From NCBI GenBank assembly GCA_964412045.1, contig CAYPNL010000143.1, positions 1-33,095 of the forward strand: 33,095 bases of DNA. The letters run 5' to 3'. Positions 1 through 11,000 of the stretch are shown one piece after another (the first letter of the stretch is position 1; each line of letters starts with the position of its first letter). The translations under genes and the position numbers were made by a program. This DNA comes from an uncultured Desulfobacteraceae bacterium. Its GTDB lineage: Bacteria; Desulfobacterota; DSM-4660; Desulfatiglandales; B25-G16. The notes under the pieces are model-generated. The model did no database searches. It was not told where the DNA came from and saw nothing but the letters and a program-made list of their open reading frames with translations.

Positions 1-1
1 G

Positions 2-1024
2 TACGACGGGAAAGGCGGGGTCATAGTTCAAGCCAATGTTGAAGACACCAAGCTTGGGGTGCCTGAATACGTGATCGAGAAGCTGGGCGTGGAGATATGT
101 GAGATCAAGTGGGGACAAGGGGCAAAAGATATCGGTGGCGAGGTTAAATTGCCCAGCCTCGAAAGGGCCTTGCAGCTCAAAGAGCGAGGCTACATTGTGC
201 TTCCTGATCCCACAAATCCGGCTGTCCAGGGTGCATTTAGAGCAGGGGGGATCTCTGAATTCGAACGACACTCAAGGCTGGGCATGGTGGATGAGGATTC
301 TTTTCACTGGGCCGTGGAGCACCTGCGAAGTAAGGGCGCGAAGTATGTAACCCTAAAGACCGGTGCGTATCGGCCTGTTGATCTGGCCCGTGCTCTAAAA
401 TACTCTTCCGATGCGAGGATAGACTTGTTGACGATCGACGGTGCGGGCGGCGGAACGGGTATGAGCCCGTGGAGAATGATGAATGAATGGGGTATACCGA
501 CGGTCCAGCTGGAGAGCCTCACCTTTCGGATGTGCGAACGCCTGAGGGAAAAAGGCGCCTACATTCCTCCGATTGCGATTGCCGGCGGTTTATCATTGGA
601 AGATCATGTCTTTAAGGCTTTTGCCCTTGCCGCACCCTATATCAAGGCCGTTTGCATGGGCCGCTCTATAATGACCGCTGCCATGGTGGGAAAGACCCAC
701 GGCAGATTAATGATAGAAAAGACCAGCCTAAAAGGAGAAAGTCTTGAAGAAGGATATGTGAGGCTTTTTGCGGTTGGTGCACAGCTCAGAGAGCGATTCG
801 GAAAGGATTTTGCCACGCTTCCACCGGGAGCCATCGGCATGTTCTCATACCTTGACCGCCTCCGGCAGGGTTTGCAGCAATTTATGGCCGGCGCCAGGAA
901 ATTCGCCCTTCGGTATATTGATCGCAATGATTTGGTTGCGTTGACCAGAGATGCGGCAGATGTATCCGGGATTCCCTATGTTATGGAATCAGACCGTGAA
1001 GAGATAGAGAAGATTTTAGGATAA
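2..1024 (+). CDS. FMN-binding glutamate synthase-family protein (GltB central-domain-like), 5'-truncated by the window edge
   Basis: The frame is open from position 2 to the stop at 1022-1024, with no stop upstream of the listed GTG at 59, so the N-terminus lies off-window. It carries ..LLTIDGAGGGTGMSPW.., the glycine-rich FMN/TIM-barrel motif of glutamate-synthase-like proteins. Confidence 0.8.
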   Translation, partial: YDGKGGVIVQANVEDTKLGVPEYVIEKLGVEICEIKWGQGAKDIGGEVKLPSLERALQLKERGYIVLPDPTNPAVQGAFRAGGISEFERHSRLGMVDEDSFHWAVEHLRSKGAKYVTLKTGAYRPVDLARALKYSSDARIDLLTIDGAGGGTGMSPWRMMNEWGIPTVQLESLTFRMCERLREKGAYIPPIAIAGGLSLEDHVFKAFALAAPYIKAVCMGRSIMTAAMVGKTHGRLMIEKTSLKGESLEEGYVRLFAVGAQLRERFGKDFATLPPGAIGMFSYLDRLRQGLQQFMAGARKFALRYIDRNDLVALTRDAADVSGIPYVMESDREEIEKILG

Positions 1025-1048
1025 TCTTTTGAAGGCAAGGAGATTACG

Positions 1049-1255
1049 ATGCTCAATATTATCTGCAAACACAACTGCAAAGATTGCTATGCTCTCAGGG
1101 TGTGCGCCGTCCATGCTATTGAGGAGCACGGAGCAGCTATTTATCTGGATACCGATAAATGCATAGGATGCGGCTCGTGCAAAACAGCCTGCGTAGCGTT
1201 TGGCTATAAGGCCCTTGAAGACAAAACAACCGAATGGCTCATAGGCACTGCCTAG
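1049..1255 (+). CDS. small 4Fe-4S ferredoxin-like protein
   Basis: 68 aa. CIGCGSCKTAC is a CxxCxxCxxxC cluster motif, and there is a second, atypically spaced Cys group (CKHNCKDCYALRVC). AAGGAG lies 6 nt before the ATG, and the gap to the upstream gene is 24 nt. Confidence 0.7.
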   Translation: MLNIICKHNCKDCYALRVCAVHAIEEHGAAIYLDTDKCIGCGSCKTACVAFGYKALEDKTTEWLIGTA

Positions 1256-1273
1256 GGGTTTGAGAAGACCCCC

Positions 1274-1681
1274 ATGGAACTCGGGAAATCCAAAGAGTCA
1301 GGGGGAAAGGAGACGGCCGTGAACAGCAGAAAACTGGATACAATTCATGTCAGCGAATTCCGATGCCAAACGCCGCTTAGGTTCTATGAGCATTGCATCG
1401 CGTGTCCCAGATTCGATGATTGCCCCGATCTAGAGTTAGCGACAGAAATCTTACGAATGCGCAAGATGGTCAACTACGACAGGAATCTCTATTCGGCAAG
1501 AGGAGAACTGGAAGGGGCCAGACATAGTGTAGACGCTGTTGTATTTCATTGTCTTGCGCCGCTCAGCTATTTTGAGAATACTCGCATGAAATGCCCTCAT
1601 GAAGGACGATGCCGAGAAGAAGGCTTGCTTCTCGCCTTGCTAGAAGGGAGGAGAAAGCTAGACTACGCCGAGATCCCGTAG
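1274..1681 (+). CDS. hypothetical Cys-rich protein
   Basis: 135-aa ORF starting 18 nt after the ferredoxin gene, with Cys pairs (CIACPRFDDCP, CPHEGRC). No family recognised and no clear SD, so coding status rests on position and length only. Confidence 0.45.
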   Translation: MELGKSKESGGKETAVNSRKLDTIHVSEFRCQTPLRFYEHCIACPRFDDCPDLELATEILRMRKMVNYDRNLYSARGELEGARHSVDAVVFHCLAPLSYFENTRMKCPHEGRCREEGLLLALLEGRRKLDYAEIP

Positions 1682-1700
1682 GGGCCCCGGAGAGGCCTAC

Positions 1701-4367
1701 CTATTCCAAGAAACAGAGAGCACGGTGTGCCTGAGGGTCCGCCACAACCTGTGCATAGACCCCATTGGTTGTTTGAGGCATGTGAATGACGTGCACTATA
1801 TCCTCAAATTGTCCTGTTCCCGGCAGTAAATCGGTCAAGCTATTATGGGCGGACTGAAAAAATGCATCGTTGAACCAGGTCTCTGGGTCATCCGGGTATA
1901 CCGGTAAGTAAATTATCTTGGCCTCGACGAGATCCTGAAAGAAATGGGTGCCGTAAGATACTTCAGGTACATGACCGGAGTCTTCGCGGGCGATTTCAAC
2001 AAGAACCGCTGTGTTGTCAATATCTGCATAGCTAACGGTTACCCCTAAGTCGATGTTGCTGCTTCCCCATCTGCCCGGACCCATCATGAGGAATCTTCCT
2101 GCCACAAGGTGCGGATGCCTGTTGAGCTGCCCTACTATCCTGCCGACCGATCTCTTGAGCTCTACAGATGACATCTCCGCATACCGTCGGGGATCTATGT
2201 AGATAATATACTGGATCTTGCTTACTGCCCCGCCGCTGATAACCCTTACGGCCTTGAAAAGGGTGCGCTCTCTGGGGATATTGTGGGGGACCTTTAAGGG
2301 ACCTGATAATCCCGGAAGCCATAAAGGTCTGCATTGGAGTAAATTTACTTTGACGCTCCCGTTCGTGTCCACAAAAGCAGTAAACTCCGTGTCTACCGCA
2401 TGGTTGTATGCCTTGTCCAGGATCTGCAGCATAGCTCCGATGATTGTAGCGAAATCCGTGTCGCTGATAAGCTTGTTAAAGGTGAGTATGAGTTTCTCTC
2501 CGGAATCCGGACGGATCCTGCCGTAAGGATCATGGAGGTATTCGTCTTTCATTATTGACACAAGCAGCTGGAGATTCGGGTATTCATCATTGGATATGAC
2601 CTCTGTAGCAGGCAATGTGACGAATTGATTTTTCTCAAGATCAAGGAGGTCTATTTCATACTGAGAATACTTGGCAATTTCCATCCCTACCTCTGGCCTG
2701 AGCCGGGGATGGCTAATCGCAACCATTCTCGGGTAGTCGCCCCCTACACGGTTTACTGCGCGGGTTCCCAAGCCGAATACAAGGCGTATAAGACCTCTGT
2801 TCGGATCGATACGGTCGGTCCATGCATAGAGGTTTCGTGAAAACGCCACACCTGCAAGGCTCGGGAAAAAATAATGCCTATAAAGAATTCCTGATACCCG
2901 TTGAACCAGGATGGCCATCTGCTCGTCGCTCTCACCCAGCCCTCGCTTGCGCCGATAGGAAAGGGCATCAGGGCTCAAGGTGCTTGCATATACAAGTTTT
3001 ACTGCACGTAGAAAGGCCTCCAATCTTTCATCGGGACTGCCCTGGTTGACGCAAAATTCGCTTCGATATTTTCCGGCAAACGAGTTCCCGAAGCTGTCTT
3101 CCAGCAGGCTGCTCGATCTCACGATAATGGGGGCCTGGCCGAAGTAGTCCAGCATATTACGGAATTGATCCATGATGTCCGAGGAAAACCTGCCGGCAAG
3201 AAAGCTCTGTTCCACGTCTTCAAATTCTTCATGTGACAACTGAGAATCCCTGGATAGCTTTAGGCGAAGCCTGAACAGGTTGTTATCGACGAGAAACGTG
3301 AAAAATACATCAGAGCCGATATAGAATGAGTCATGGTTTTCAAGCAGCTGAGAGAAATCCATCTCTTCTCCCTTTTCCAGAAGAATGCGTCTGGCCAATA
3401 CCATCCCAGCAGCCTTGCCCCCGATCCTCCCGGATCCGATCAGACGATCCCTGATGCAGAAAAGATCTTCCATGGTAAAATAGGAATCTGCAAGCCTCGT
3501 AATCTCTGGATGATTCCCGATCAACATTCGTGAGAATTCTTGTTTCAGCGCGAGAATCTCGGGTGTTATCTTGCGAACGCCTCCGTTTGTTTCTCGATAT
3601 TGCAGAAGCTTGTTGTAGACGCTGTCCCACGGGGCAATGGAGCTTTCATCGGTTCTGAGGGGATGTTTGCGTGCCGTTGCTGATAGGGTAGCGGCCTCAC
3701 CGCTCTGGAAGACCGGCTGCCACTTTTGTTCAGCAACTTCATGGGGAAGGAACATCTGAGGGGAGTAGCGGTCCCAGACCTTCAAAGGGTGTACGTACAT
3801 CTTACCCTTAATCCGGTACACATCGATAAGAACCTGTGTGGTGTCCCGTATCCTGGCAACCGTACTGTTGGCATGATGGCCCCGGGTTAGTGCAAAATAA
3901 GCAACGGTATCCAACTCACGCAGGAACGGGCAGGTAATCTGGAAGAAATTAGCCAGCAGCTCATCGGTTGCCCATTCTTCTACAAGGGCCGACAAGCTAT
4001 CGAGCACGAAAAACTTCATCCCGCCCCACTCCTCAATCACCTGGTGTACCTCGGTGCTGAAGAAGTCGAAACCGTTCCCCGGATTTACCTCCTTGATAAT
4101 AAGGCCGGGACGAGATTCAATGATAGGTCGATGAGGCGCAAACCGCAGATACACGCAGTTTCCGCTTTCACGGATCGCCTGGTCAGCAAAAGGCTGCACA
4201 AAATATACGTAGTCCTCAAGATTGTCTACCTGCCACACCACATTATCCCCAAGACGAAGCCCTTTTAGGATTTGGTCCAGGGCAGGTATTCCGCTTTTTA
4301 TAACCTTTGATTCCATTTCAAACGGCATGTTTTTCGTGAGCGAGTCAGATTCCTGCACTAGACCCAA
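1701..4367 (-). CDS. KaiC/RecA-like N-terminal domain fused to a PEP/pyruvate-binding (PPDK_N-type ATP-grasp) domain
   Basis: 888 aa. The N-terminus ..[24 protein letters not shown].. resembles the start of KaiC/RadA-type ATPase domains but has no GxxxxGK[ST]. The centre ..[15 protein letters not shown].. and downstream region resemble the nucleotide-binding domain of PEP synthase/PPDK. No GGxTSHAA phosphohistidine motif was seen. The listed start overlaps the gdhA stop by 10 nt; an alternative ATG lies at 4328 (MPFEMESK). Confidence 0.75.
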   Translation of the reverse strand: MGLVQESDSLTKNMPFEMESKVIKSGIPALDQILKGLRLGDNVVWQVDNLEDYVYFVQPFADQAIRESGNCVYLRFAPHRPIIESRPGLIIKEVNPGNGFDFFSTEVHQVIEEWGGMKFFVLDSLSALVEEWATDELLANFFQITCPFLRELDTVAYFALTRGHHANSTVARIRDTTQVLIDVYRIKGKMYVHPLKVWDRYSPQMFLPHEVAEQKWQPVFQSGEAATLSATARKHPLRTDESSIAPWDSVYNKLLQYRETNGGVRKITPEILALKQEFSRMLIGNHPEITRLADSYFTMEDLFCIRDRLIGSGRIGGKAAGMVLARRILLEKGEEMDFSQLLENHDSFYIGSDVFFTFLVDNNLFRLRLKLSRDSQLSHEEFEDVEQSFLAGRFSSDIMDQFRNMLDYFGQAPIIVRSSSLLEDSFGNSFAGKYRSEFCVNQGSPDERLEAFLRAVKLVYASTLSPDALSYRRKRGLGESDEQMAILVQRVSGILYRHYFFPSLAGVAFSRNLYAWTDRIDPNRGLIRLVFGLGTRAVNRVGGDYPRMVAISHPRLRPEVGMEIAKYSQYEIDLLDLEKNQFVTLPATEVISNDEYPNLQLLVSIMKDEYLHDPYGRIRPDSGEKLILTFNKLISDTDFATIIGAMLQILDKAYNHAVDTEFTAFVDTNGSVKVNLLQCRPLWLPGLSGPLKVPHNIPRERTLFKAVRVISGGAVSKIQYIIYIDPRRYAEMSSVELKRSVGRIVGQLNRHPHLVAGRFLMMGPGRWGSSNIDLGVTVSYADIDNTAVLVEIAREDSGHVPEVSYGTHFFQDLVEAKIIYLPVYPDDPETWFNDAFFQSAHNSLTDLLPGTGQFEDIVHVIHMPQTTNGVYAQVVADPQAHRALCFLE

Positions 4368-5608
4368 CCGCGAAGCTTGCAGGCCTCGGCCACCCTGGCG
4401 ACAGACACGAGGTAGGCAGCCTGGCGCATATTGATCTTTTCGTTTTGACTCATTTCATAAACACTTTTAAAGGCACGGGTCATCTTTTCTTTCAGCCTCC
4501 AGTGGATTTCTTCTATCTCCCAGTAAAGGTTATAGGTGTTTTGGACCTGCTCCAAGTAGGAGACCGTAACGCCTCCAGCATTGGCCAGAAAATCGGGCAA
4601 TACAATTATTCCCTTATCAAACAAGATATCATCGGCTTCCGGCGTTGTGGGCCCGTTGGCCAATTCACAGCTGATTTTACACTGCAGCCTGGGAGCATTT
4701 TCTTTCACAATCACGTTTTCCAAGGCGGCAGGAAAAAGAACTCCAACCTCGAGCTCGAGTAGCTGTTCATTGCTAATCTCTTCAGCCTGGGGAAATCCAC
4801 TGACTTTGTTATTCTTCATCTTGTGTTCAATAAGCGCCTCCACGTCTATACCATTGGCGTTGTATATGCCTCCTTTGGAATCCGAAGCAGCCACTAGCTT
4901 GAGACCGAGAATTTTTTCTCCGAGCAAGGCAGCATTTTGCCCAGAATTGCCAAAACCCTGAACCGCCATACTTTGTCCCTTGAGATCTATACCGTAAGCG
5001 ATGGCTGCTTCCTGGGCTACATAGATCCCGCCCCGAGCCGTGGCATCACTACGCCCCTGGGACCCACCCAAGGGTATAGGTTTTCCTGTAATCACACCAG
5101 GATGTTTTTCACCCATGATCACTTCATATTCATCCATCATCCATGCCATGATTTGCGGGGTGGTATAAACATCAGGAGCAGGAACATCCTTGGTGACGCC
5201 GATAGATCTCGCGATAGCCCGAATGTAAGCACGAGCTAGTCGTTCCTTTTCGGTCTCGGACAATTCCTTGGGATTGCAGATTATCCCCCCCTTGCCGCCG
5301 CCTAAAGGGATGTCGACCACCGAGGTCTTCCATGTCATCCATGCTGCAAGAGCGCGTACCGTATCTATCGTCTCATCCGGGTGCCAGCGTATACCCCCCT
5401 TGGCAGGGCCCCGTGCGGTATTGTATTGAATACGAAAGGCATGGAAGATCTTTGTTGAGCCGTCATCCATCTTGACAGGGATGGTGACCTTCAGTTCCTG
5501 CATAGGCCAGCGGAGGAGTTCGTGGGTGGCCTTGTCAAGGCCGAGTTTTGCAGCAGCATCATCTAGTTGTTTCTGAGCGATACTGAAGGGATTTTGCTTT
5601 TCTTTCAT
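4358..5608 (-). CDS. gdhA: glutamate dehydrogenase (Glu/Leu/Phe/Val dehydrogenase family)
   Basis: 416 aa with the catalytic-lysine signature ..[11 protein letters not shown].., KGGIRWHP and the dinucleotide fold motif [18 protein letters not shown] lies 5 nt before the ATG. Confidence 0.95.
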   Translation of the reverse strand: MKEKQNPFSIAQKQLDDAAAKLGLDKATHELLRWPMQELKVTIPVKMDDGSTKIFHAFRIQYNTARGPAKGGIRWHPDETIDTVRALAAWMTWKTSVVDIPLGGGKGGIICNPKELSETEKERLARAYIRAIARSIGVTKDVPAPDVYTTPQIMAWMMDEYEVIMGEKHPGVITGKPIPLGGSQGRSDATARGGIYVAQEAAIAYGIDLKGQSMAVQGFGNSGQNAALLGEKILGLKLVAASDSKGGIYNANGIDVEALIEHKMKNNKVSGFPQAEEISNEQLLELEVGVLFPAALENVIVKENAPRLQCKISCELANGPTTPEADDILFDKGIIVLPDFLANAGGVTVSYLEQVQNTYNLYWEIEEIHWRLKEKMTRAFKSVYEMSQNEKINMRQAAYLVSVARVAEACKLRGWV

Positions 5609-5736
5609 TGTTGCTCCTTTCTCATATGAATCGCTAAGGTTTCGGTACTATGTGAACAACTACATGCTCGCTTTTCTCACGATGCTATCATTGCGGGATG
5701 TAAGGCCCATATACAACAGCAACGTCTCACGGAGCC

Positions 5737-5775
5737 AAAAAAAATCCACACATCTCACCCCTGAGATGCTGTGGA
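5737..5775 (-). terminator. rho-independent terminator closing the upstream minus-strand operon
   Basis: The minus strand reads TCCACAGCATCTCA-GGGG-TGAGATGTGTGGA (imperfect ~12-bp stem) followed directly by T8. It sits between the 575-aa ORF/repeat E1 and the gdhA promoter region. Confidence 0.6.
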
Positions 5776-5932
5776 CTTCTTTGTCTCTTTGCGCAATACG
5801 CCATTGTATTGCTATCTTTATGTCTTATCTACCAGTTCATTAATAAAAAGGTCAGCGTATGTCAAGCTTTATTCATCTCAAAAAATCACGTCCTCTGGCC
5901 GCAGTTAGAGACCCCAGCTCTGCAGATCATGG

Positions 5933-6117
5933 TTCTTTCTTTCACATGGAGCAATGGAGAATTGGAGTATTGGAGTATTGCAAAACATTGTAGCTGATAC
6001 GCTCCACAGAAGCTCCATTAAAGATGGTGCTGATAGGCTGTCCTGACTTCCAAAACCCTTTCTCAGATTCTATCCCATTACTCCATTAGTCCAATTCTCC
6101 ACTACTCCATTCCTCCG
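5933..6117. repeat. GGAG/CTCC-rich palindromic intergenic element, copy E1
   Basis: The left arm holds tandem 8-9-nt units ATGGAGCA ATGGAGAAT TGGAGTAT TGGAGTAT. The right arm holds the complement units (ACTCCATT AGTCCAATT CTCCACT ACTCCATT). GGAGAATTGGA at the left pairs with TCCAATTCTCC at the right. It is homologous to E2 at 12823-12936. Confidence 0.6.
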
Positions 6118-6152
6118 CCACACTGCCGACTTCAGCCGGCAGCATCGTGCCC

Positions 6153-7880
6153 TCAGCTCCATTGCTTTTTTTGGATCAGTCCTTTAAGGGCAGCCTTTTG
6201 CATGGCTTGTGTGACTTCCCACCGTTCTTGAAGGGGTTGAGGAATAACAATCTGGAAATATCCGGGCCTGAATAAACAGTTTTCAGGTTCTTCATCCCAG
6301 TCATACCTGTTGGTGCTGTCCAGATCGAAGGGGGTTCCCCTGAACCCTCCGGTTACGAGAGAGATCTGGGAGAATATGTGGCGATCCCGCACCCCTATAC
6401 AGTTAGGGAGTGCGTTGGGGCTGATACACCGTATGATGCTGGGGGGTATGGTATTTTGATACCACAACCCGGTTGAAGAGAAATAGGTTCCTTCCCTGAT
6501 CATACTCAAGGAATGAAGCTGGTAGGGATTCTTGATGAGTCCATAGGTGGGATCTTGCCGTACCTCAATGCCCGATTCCTCCAGTTCTTGGAGAAAGAAA
6601 AGAATATTTTCCAGATAGAGTATGAATTGGAAGAGCTCGTCACGGCCCAGTTCCATCGTATCGCCGATAGCTGCAAGGATATTGAATATGCGCTGGGAAA
6701 GAGGAGGAATCACGTAGAGCTCAAAGAGGGCTTGGAGATTGAATGTATGGAGGTTTTCCATGAATTCGGGAAGGATAACATAGTCTTCAGCGGAACGGGA
6801 GCGTTGCAGTTGCCCTTTGATAACCATGGACGCCGGTGTCCTTCCTTCGCTGACGAGGCGCATGGTATCGATGGCGTGCTGCTCGGTTTCAGAGAGAGAC
6901 CGGGTTACGACCTTGTCAACTTCACCGGGTATGTAATGGCGGCGGAACTCCTGCATGATCTTATAGGTCTGGCGATAGATGAACTTTGTCATGGGCGCTT
7001 CCGATGATAGGGCGGGGTCCTTTTCTATTTCATAGCGAACAATCCTGAGGATATCTTCGTTGTTGAAGCGCAGGACAAGAAAGCGCCCCACCGGGATTGC
7101 TTGTTCTTTGTCCTTTTCTTTCAGAAAACCGATGAATCGTCTCACCAGATTTGACAGGCTGTCCCTGTATTCCCTCTTGCTCCGTAATTCGTCGTAGGCA
7201 ATCCCGAACCATTTCAGGCTTATGAGATCCTTTTCCGGGATCCCGACATGTAACTCCAGGAGCTTTCGATAGATCTTTTGAAAGGCGGTAAGACTTTGGA
7301 AAAGGATCTGCTTTTCCTCCTCGGTGAGGTGGCCGGCACATGAGATAAAGATAAACAGGGCCTCGCTCTCGTAGTTGTTGACTAAGACCTCGCCGGCAAT
7401 CGATTTGATCACATGGCTAAAAGCCTGTCCTCGATCCGAGATGATTTGGAGAATAGGATTGATAGCAATCAAGAACTCCGGGCTTCTCAGATTGTAGTGG
7501 TTCAAGAGCTCGATGAACAATTGCGGGGAAACCTGGCTCCTGAATTTTCCCGAGGCCTCTTGCAATATCCCAGCAACGCAAATATCCAAGGATATTGTGA
7601 GATGAGGATGAGCGCTGAGGAAGATATTGTGCAGGCGGGGGACGATCGCAAGGTCTGATGGTGTATCGGGAAAAAGAAGCGAGGCCAGCTCTTTCGCAGA
7701 GCCTTTTTGTTCGAGCAGGGGTTCAAGGGCATCCCATTCCTTTTGAAAGGATTTGGAGATTGAGTTCACATCCAGATACGGAGATCGTGCAGGTGAGAAG
7801 ATAAACTCCAGGGAGTAGCTTTCTATGGCATCGATCTGAGCACGGATGGCTCGATAGATTTTCTCTGTCTCTCGTGACAT
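6153..7880 (-). CDS. hypothetical protein (575 aa, no recognisable family)
   Basis: Long uninterrupted ORF, same strand as and 126 nt downstream of the GlmS-like gene. No motif I can assign; the composition looks like a soluble, largely helical protein. Confidence 0.65.
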   Translation of the reverse strand: MSRETEKIYRAIRAQIDAIESYSLEFIFSPARSPYLDVNSISKSFQKEWDALEPLLEQKGSAKELASLLFPDTPSDLAIVPRLHNIFLSAHPHLTISLDICVAGILQEASGKFRSQVSPQLFIELLNHYNLRSPEFLIAINPILQIISDRGQAFSHVIKSIAGEVLVNNYESEALFIFISCAGHLTEEEKQILFQSLTAFQKIYRKLLELHVGIPEKDLISLKWFGIAYDELRSKREYRDSLSNLVRRFIGFLKEKDKEQAIPVGRFLVLRFNNEDILRIVRYEIEKDPALSSEAPMTKFIYRQTYKIMQEFRRHYIPGEVDKVVTRSLSETEQHAIDTMRLVSEGRTPASMVIKGQLQRSRSAEDYVILPEFMENLHTFNLQALFELYVIPPLSQRIFNILAAIGDTMELGRDELFQFILYLENILFFLQELEESGIEVRQDPTYGLIKNPYQLHSLSMIREGTYFSSTGLWYQNTIPPSIIRCISPNALPNCIGVRDRHIFSQISLVTGGFRGTPFDLDSTNRYDWDEEPENCLFRPGYFQIVIPQPLQERWEVTQAMQKAALKGLIQKKQWS

Positions 7881-8006
7881 TGGTCGCCCGTTAATTCATC
7901 TCAGAAAATCACATCCTCCAGCACTCCCCCGGGTACCTGGGGACAGACATTCGGCTTTTTTGGGAGCTCCAAACGAGGCCGCATCCTCTGGGCGTGAATT
8001 CTTTCG

Positions 8007-11000
8007 TTATCCCTTATCGAGGGAGGCATCGCCGGAGGAGCGCGATACTATAAATTCCGCTATCTTTTCGGCCGATCTTCCGAACAGATCCTCGATGGTG
8101 GGAAGATCAAGGAGCTCATCGGTCCAGGGCAGGCCCATCTCCTCAACGATATTTTTGATGTGGGTGTATTTCTCGCCGAGGGCCCTTACCTTTTTCCGCA
8201 GCTCTATATTTTTCTTAAAACCTACCTCCAACAACATGAGGTGGTCGACATGAGGCCCTTTTTTTATGAGTGGTATGATAACGATGCTCCTATCATCAAC
8301 CCTCCCCTTCCCGATAAAGACATTGCCACTCTTGACGATAATCCTCTTGGTTCCCTTGAGCTCCTGTTGCCCTTCGATGCGGGAGATAATTCCCAACGAT
8401 GTCCCCCTTTTTTGTATCAGCTTGATCTTTGAGTCATCCAGAGGCTCTCCGGTATAGGCGAGGCCGCTTATTTCATACAATGTCTCGCCCTTAACCTCTT
8501 CGATAATCTCCTGGAGATGGGTGAGCACCAGCACGTTCTTATTGGTGAGGTTGCCCGTATCGAAGCCGCTGACCGTAAGGCTATCGAATAGAATCCCTTG
8601 AACCGGCGCCCATATCCTGCTGGTGCCTACGGTTACTGTTTTGGCCTGATGACGTATCGCATCGATGGGTCTGGCAAGATCATTGACGGCCTCGCTCATG
8701 CAGGTAAAAAAGGCTGCAAACATGTTGGGTGCTGTACCGCTGGTGCCGAAATCCAGCTCAAAATCCGACGTAGGGAGCCGCCCAGCAAGGTACTTAAGCA
8801 GCAAGGTGAGGTCAGAAGCTGTGGTAGGGGCCATGGCAGCAGCGTATCGCTTTTCATGCAACCTCTGTTTGAATTGCGAGAAGAACTTGGCCGTTTTCTC
8901 CTGAAGGATGCGGTCCAACACAATGTGATATATATCAATGCCCTTGTTGAACGACTCGGACAGGTAGTCATTGATCTCCTTCCGAAAGTCGAAGAGAAAA
9001 CGAGATTCGTCATGCAGTGCCTTAGCAGCGTGATAGCCCCAAAGATGGCCTGCCATCGTGGTCAGGATGGGAGAGAAGCGTTCTTCGATCTCAGGCACAT
9101 AGATCAGCGAGTCCGCATACCTCCTGAACCCGTCTTCACCCTCTGTGGCGATCACGATGGTGGCGGCATTGTGGGCCTTGAATATCGCAGTATCCTTAAT
9201 AATATCATTGATCACGTCGCCCTTGTTCCCGGCTGCGCATACCACGATGAGGGGCTCGGAGGAGAGATCGATGTGCTTCTTATCCTCCACCATGTCAGAG
9301 GAGATGGTCTTATAGCAGAGTTCGCTCAGCTTTATCCTGATCTCATCCGCGCTTATCTTGTTATAGCCGCTGCCCACAACCGCCCAATAGTTCTTGGTGG
9401 GTGCGAAGGTCGTTGCGGAACGGGCAATTTCCTCTTCCTGTTCGAGCACCTTTCTCATGAGCGAGGGAATGCGCATGAGCCTTTGAACCTCTCCGAGTAT
9501 GAAATCGTCATCCCTCATTCCCAGTAGGTGCGCCAGGGCGAGCCCAAGCACGCCCCCGGCTGCAATCTGTGAATAATAGGCCTTAGTAGAGGCGACGGAC
9601 ATCTCAATGTCTCTGCCGGTACTCGTATACAGGACGCCGTCGGCCTTGAAGGTGACGTCCGAATCACGCCTGTTGACGATGGCTATGGTGTGGGCGCCGC
9701 GATTTCGTGCCATGTCGACGGCCATATTGGTATCCGTGGTTGTGCCGGATTGGGTGATGGCAACCAGCAGGGTGTCGGTGAGATCCTTCTGTCCGAGATA
9801 TCCGCTGAACTCGGATGCCTTGAGCGGCGCTATATGAATGGCGCTATCCGTAAGATAGACCTTGAGCAGCTCCGCACATCCACAAGCGGCGATTCCAGCC
9901 GTCCCCTGTCCAATGAACAGGATCCTTCGTATCCGGTTGTGCCGGAAGGCATCCTGTAAGGAAGGAGTGAAGACATCCTCCCCCAAGAGCAGCAAGGGAT
10001 GGGAACCGCTGTTTTTCTTAACGATGCTCCATCCGTTCCGAATTGTCTTTTCAACCGATTCAGGGGATTCAGAGATCTCTTTCAGGAAATAGTGGGGAAA
10101 GCTTTGTCGGTCAATATCCCTGGAGGTAATCTCGGTGTGGCGTATGCTTTCCCGGGTGAGAGAGAAGGGCTCTCCGTTATAGCGGAGCGTCTTGATTCCA
10201 TTGAACTCACCCTCTGAATCCTGGTCCAGAATAACGATCTGCCCCCCCTTTTTTCCGCCCGGGCCATCTGATTCCCTTTCCCCTTGCAGCTTTATGTATC
10301 GGGAGGTCTCCTCCACGAGACCGTAGATCTCTGAGGCGGTTATGTAGTGCTCCTCGCCTAAGCCAACATAGAGGGACTGTCCGCTTCCCTTCACCGCGAG
10401 AAATAGTTTGCCCGGCGCCAGATCTGTGTGCATGGCTATGGCATGAGAGCCCGTAAAGTCATTAACCGCCAACCTGAATGATTCTTCGATAGAGAAGCCG
10501 CTGCGGCAATAGCTCTCTATGGATAGCGGTATGATCTTGGTGTCCGTGGTGATCCGGCTTGGTATAGAACGGCCTGTGGTGCTTTCAAACCTCTCTTTTA
10601 AGGTCTCATAGTTATCGATATCTCCGTTGAGGCACACGTGAATAATCCCTGCAGAATTCCTGCAGGAATACCCGTTTCCATCGAGCTCGAGGATATTGTC
10701 GACGGGGTGGCAGTTGGCTTCGCTTATCTCCCCCACCGAGGCCCATCTCGTGTGCGCAAGTATGCTCTGGCTGCTGTTGGGGCAGGCGAGGAGGAGCTGA
10801 AAAATTTTGTCGTCATGGATCTGTGCTCTGAGGTAGCGGACATTGTCCCCTAGACGCCCAATTTGTTCGGCGATCTTGTAAGTAACGGCGATGGACACGG
10901 TCCCATTGCCGTGACGGACGGTTATGTCCCTATTGAGGAGCAGGCCCCCTTGTTGACGAGCATGAAATTCGTCGAGGAGATCTTGTTTCTCGAGGTTTCC

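Noticed and set aside
5945-5985. Tandem 8-9-nt GGAG units considered as a CRISPR-like or microsatellite array
   Set aside because: The units are far too short and have no spacers. They form one arm of a palindromic element (E1) instead.
8598-9527. 309-aa plus-strand ORF
   Set aside because: It lies entirely antisense within the GlmS-like gene, which has strong family motifs. It is a shadow ORF with low-complexity, motif-free translation.
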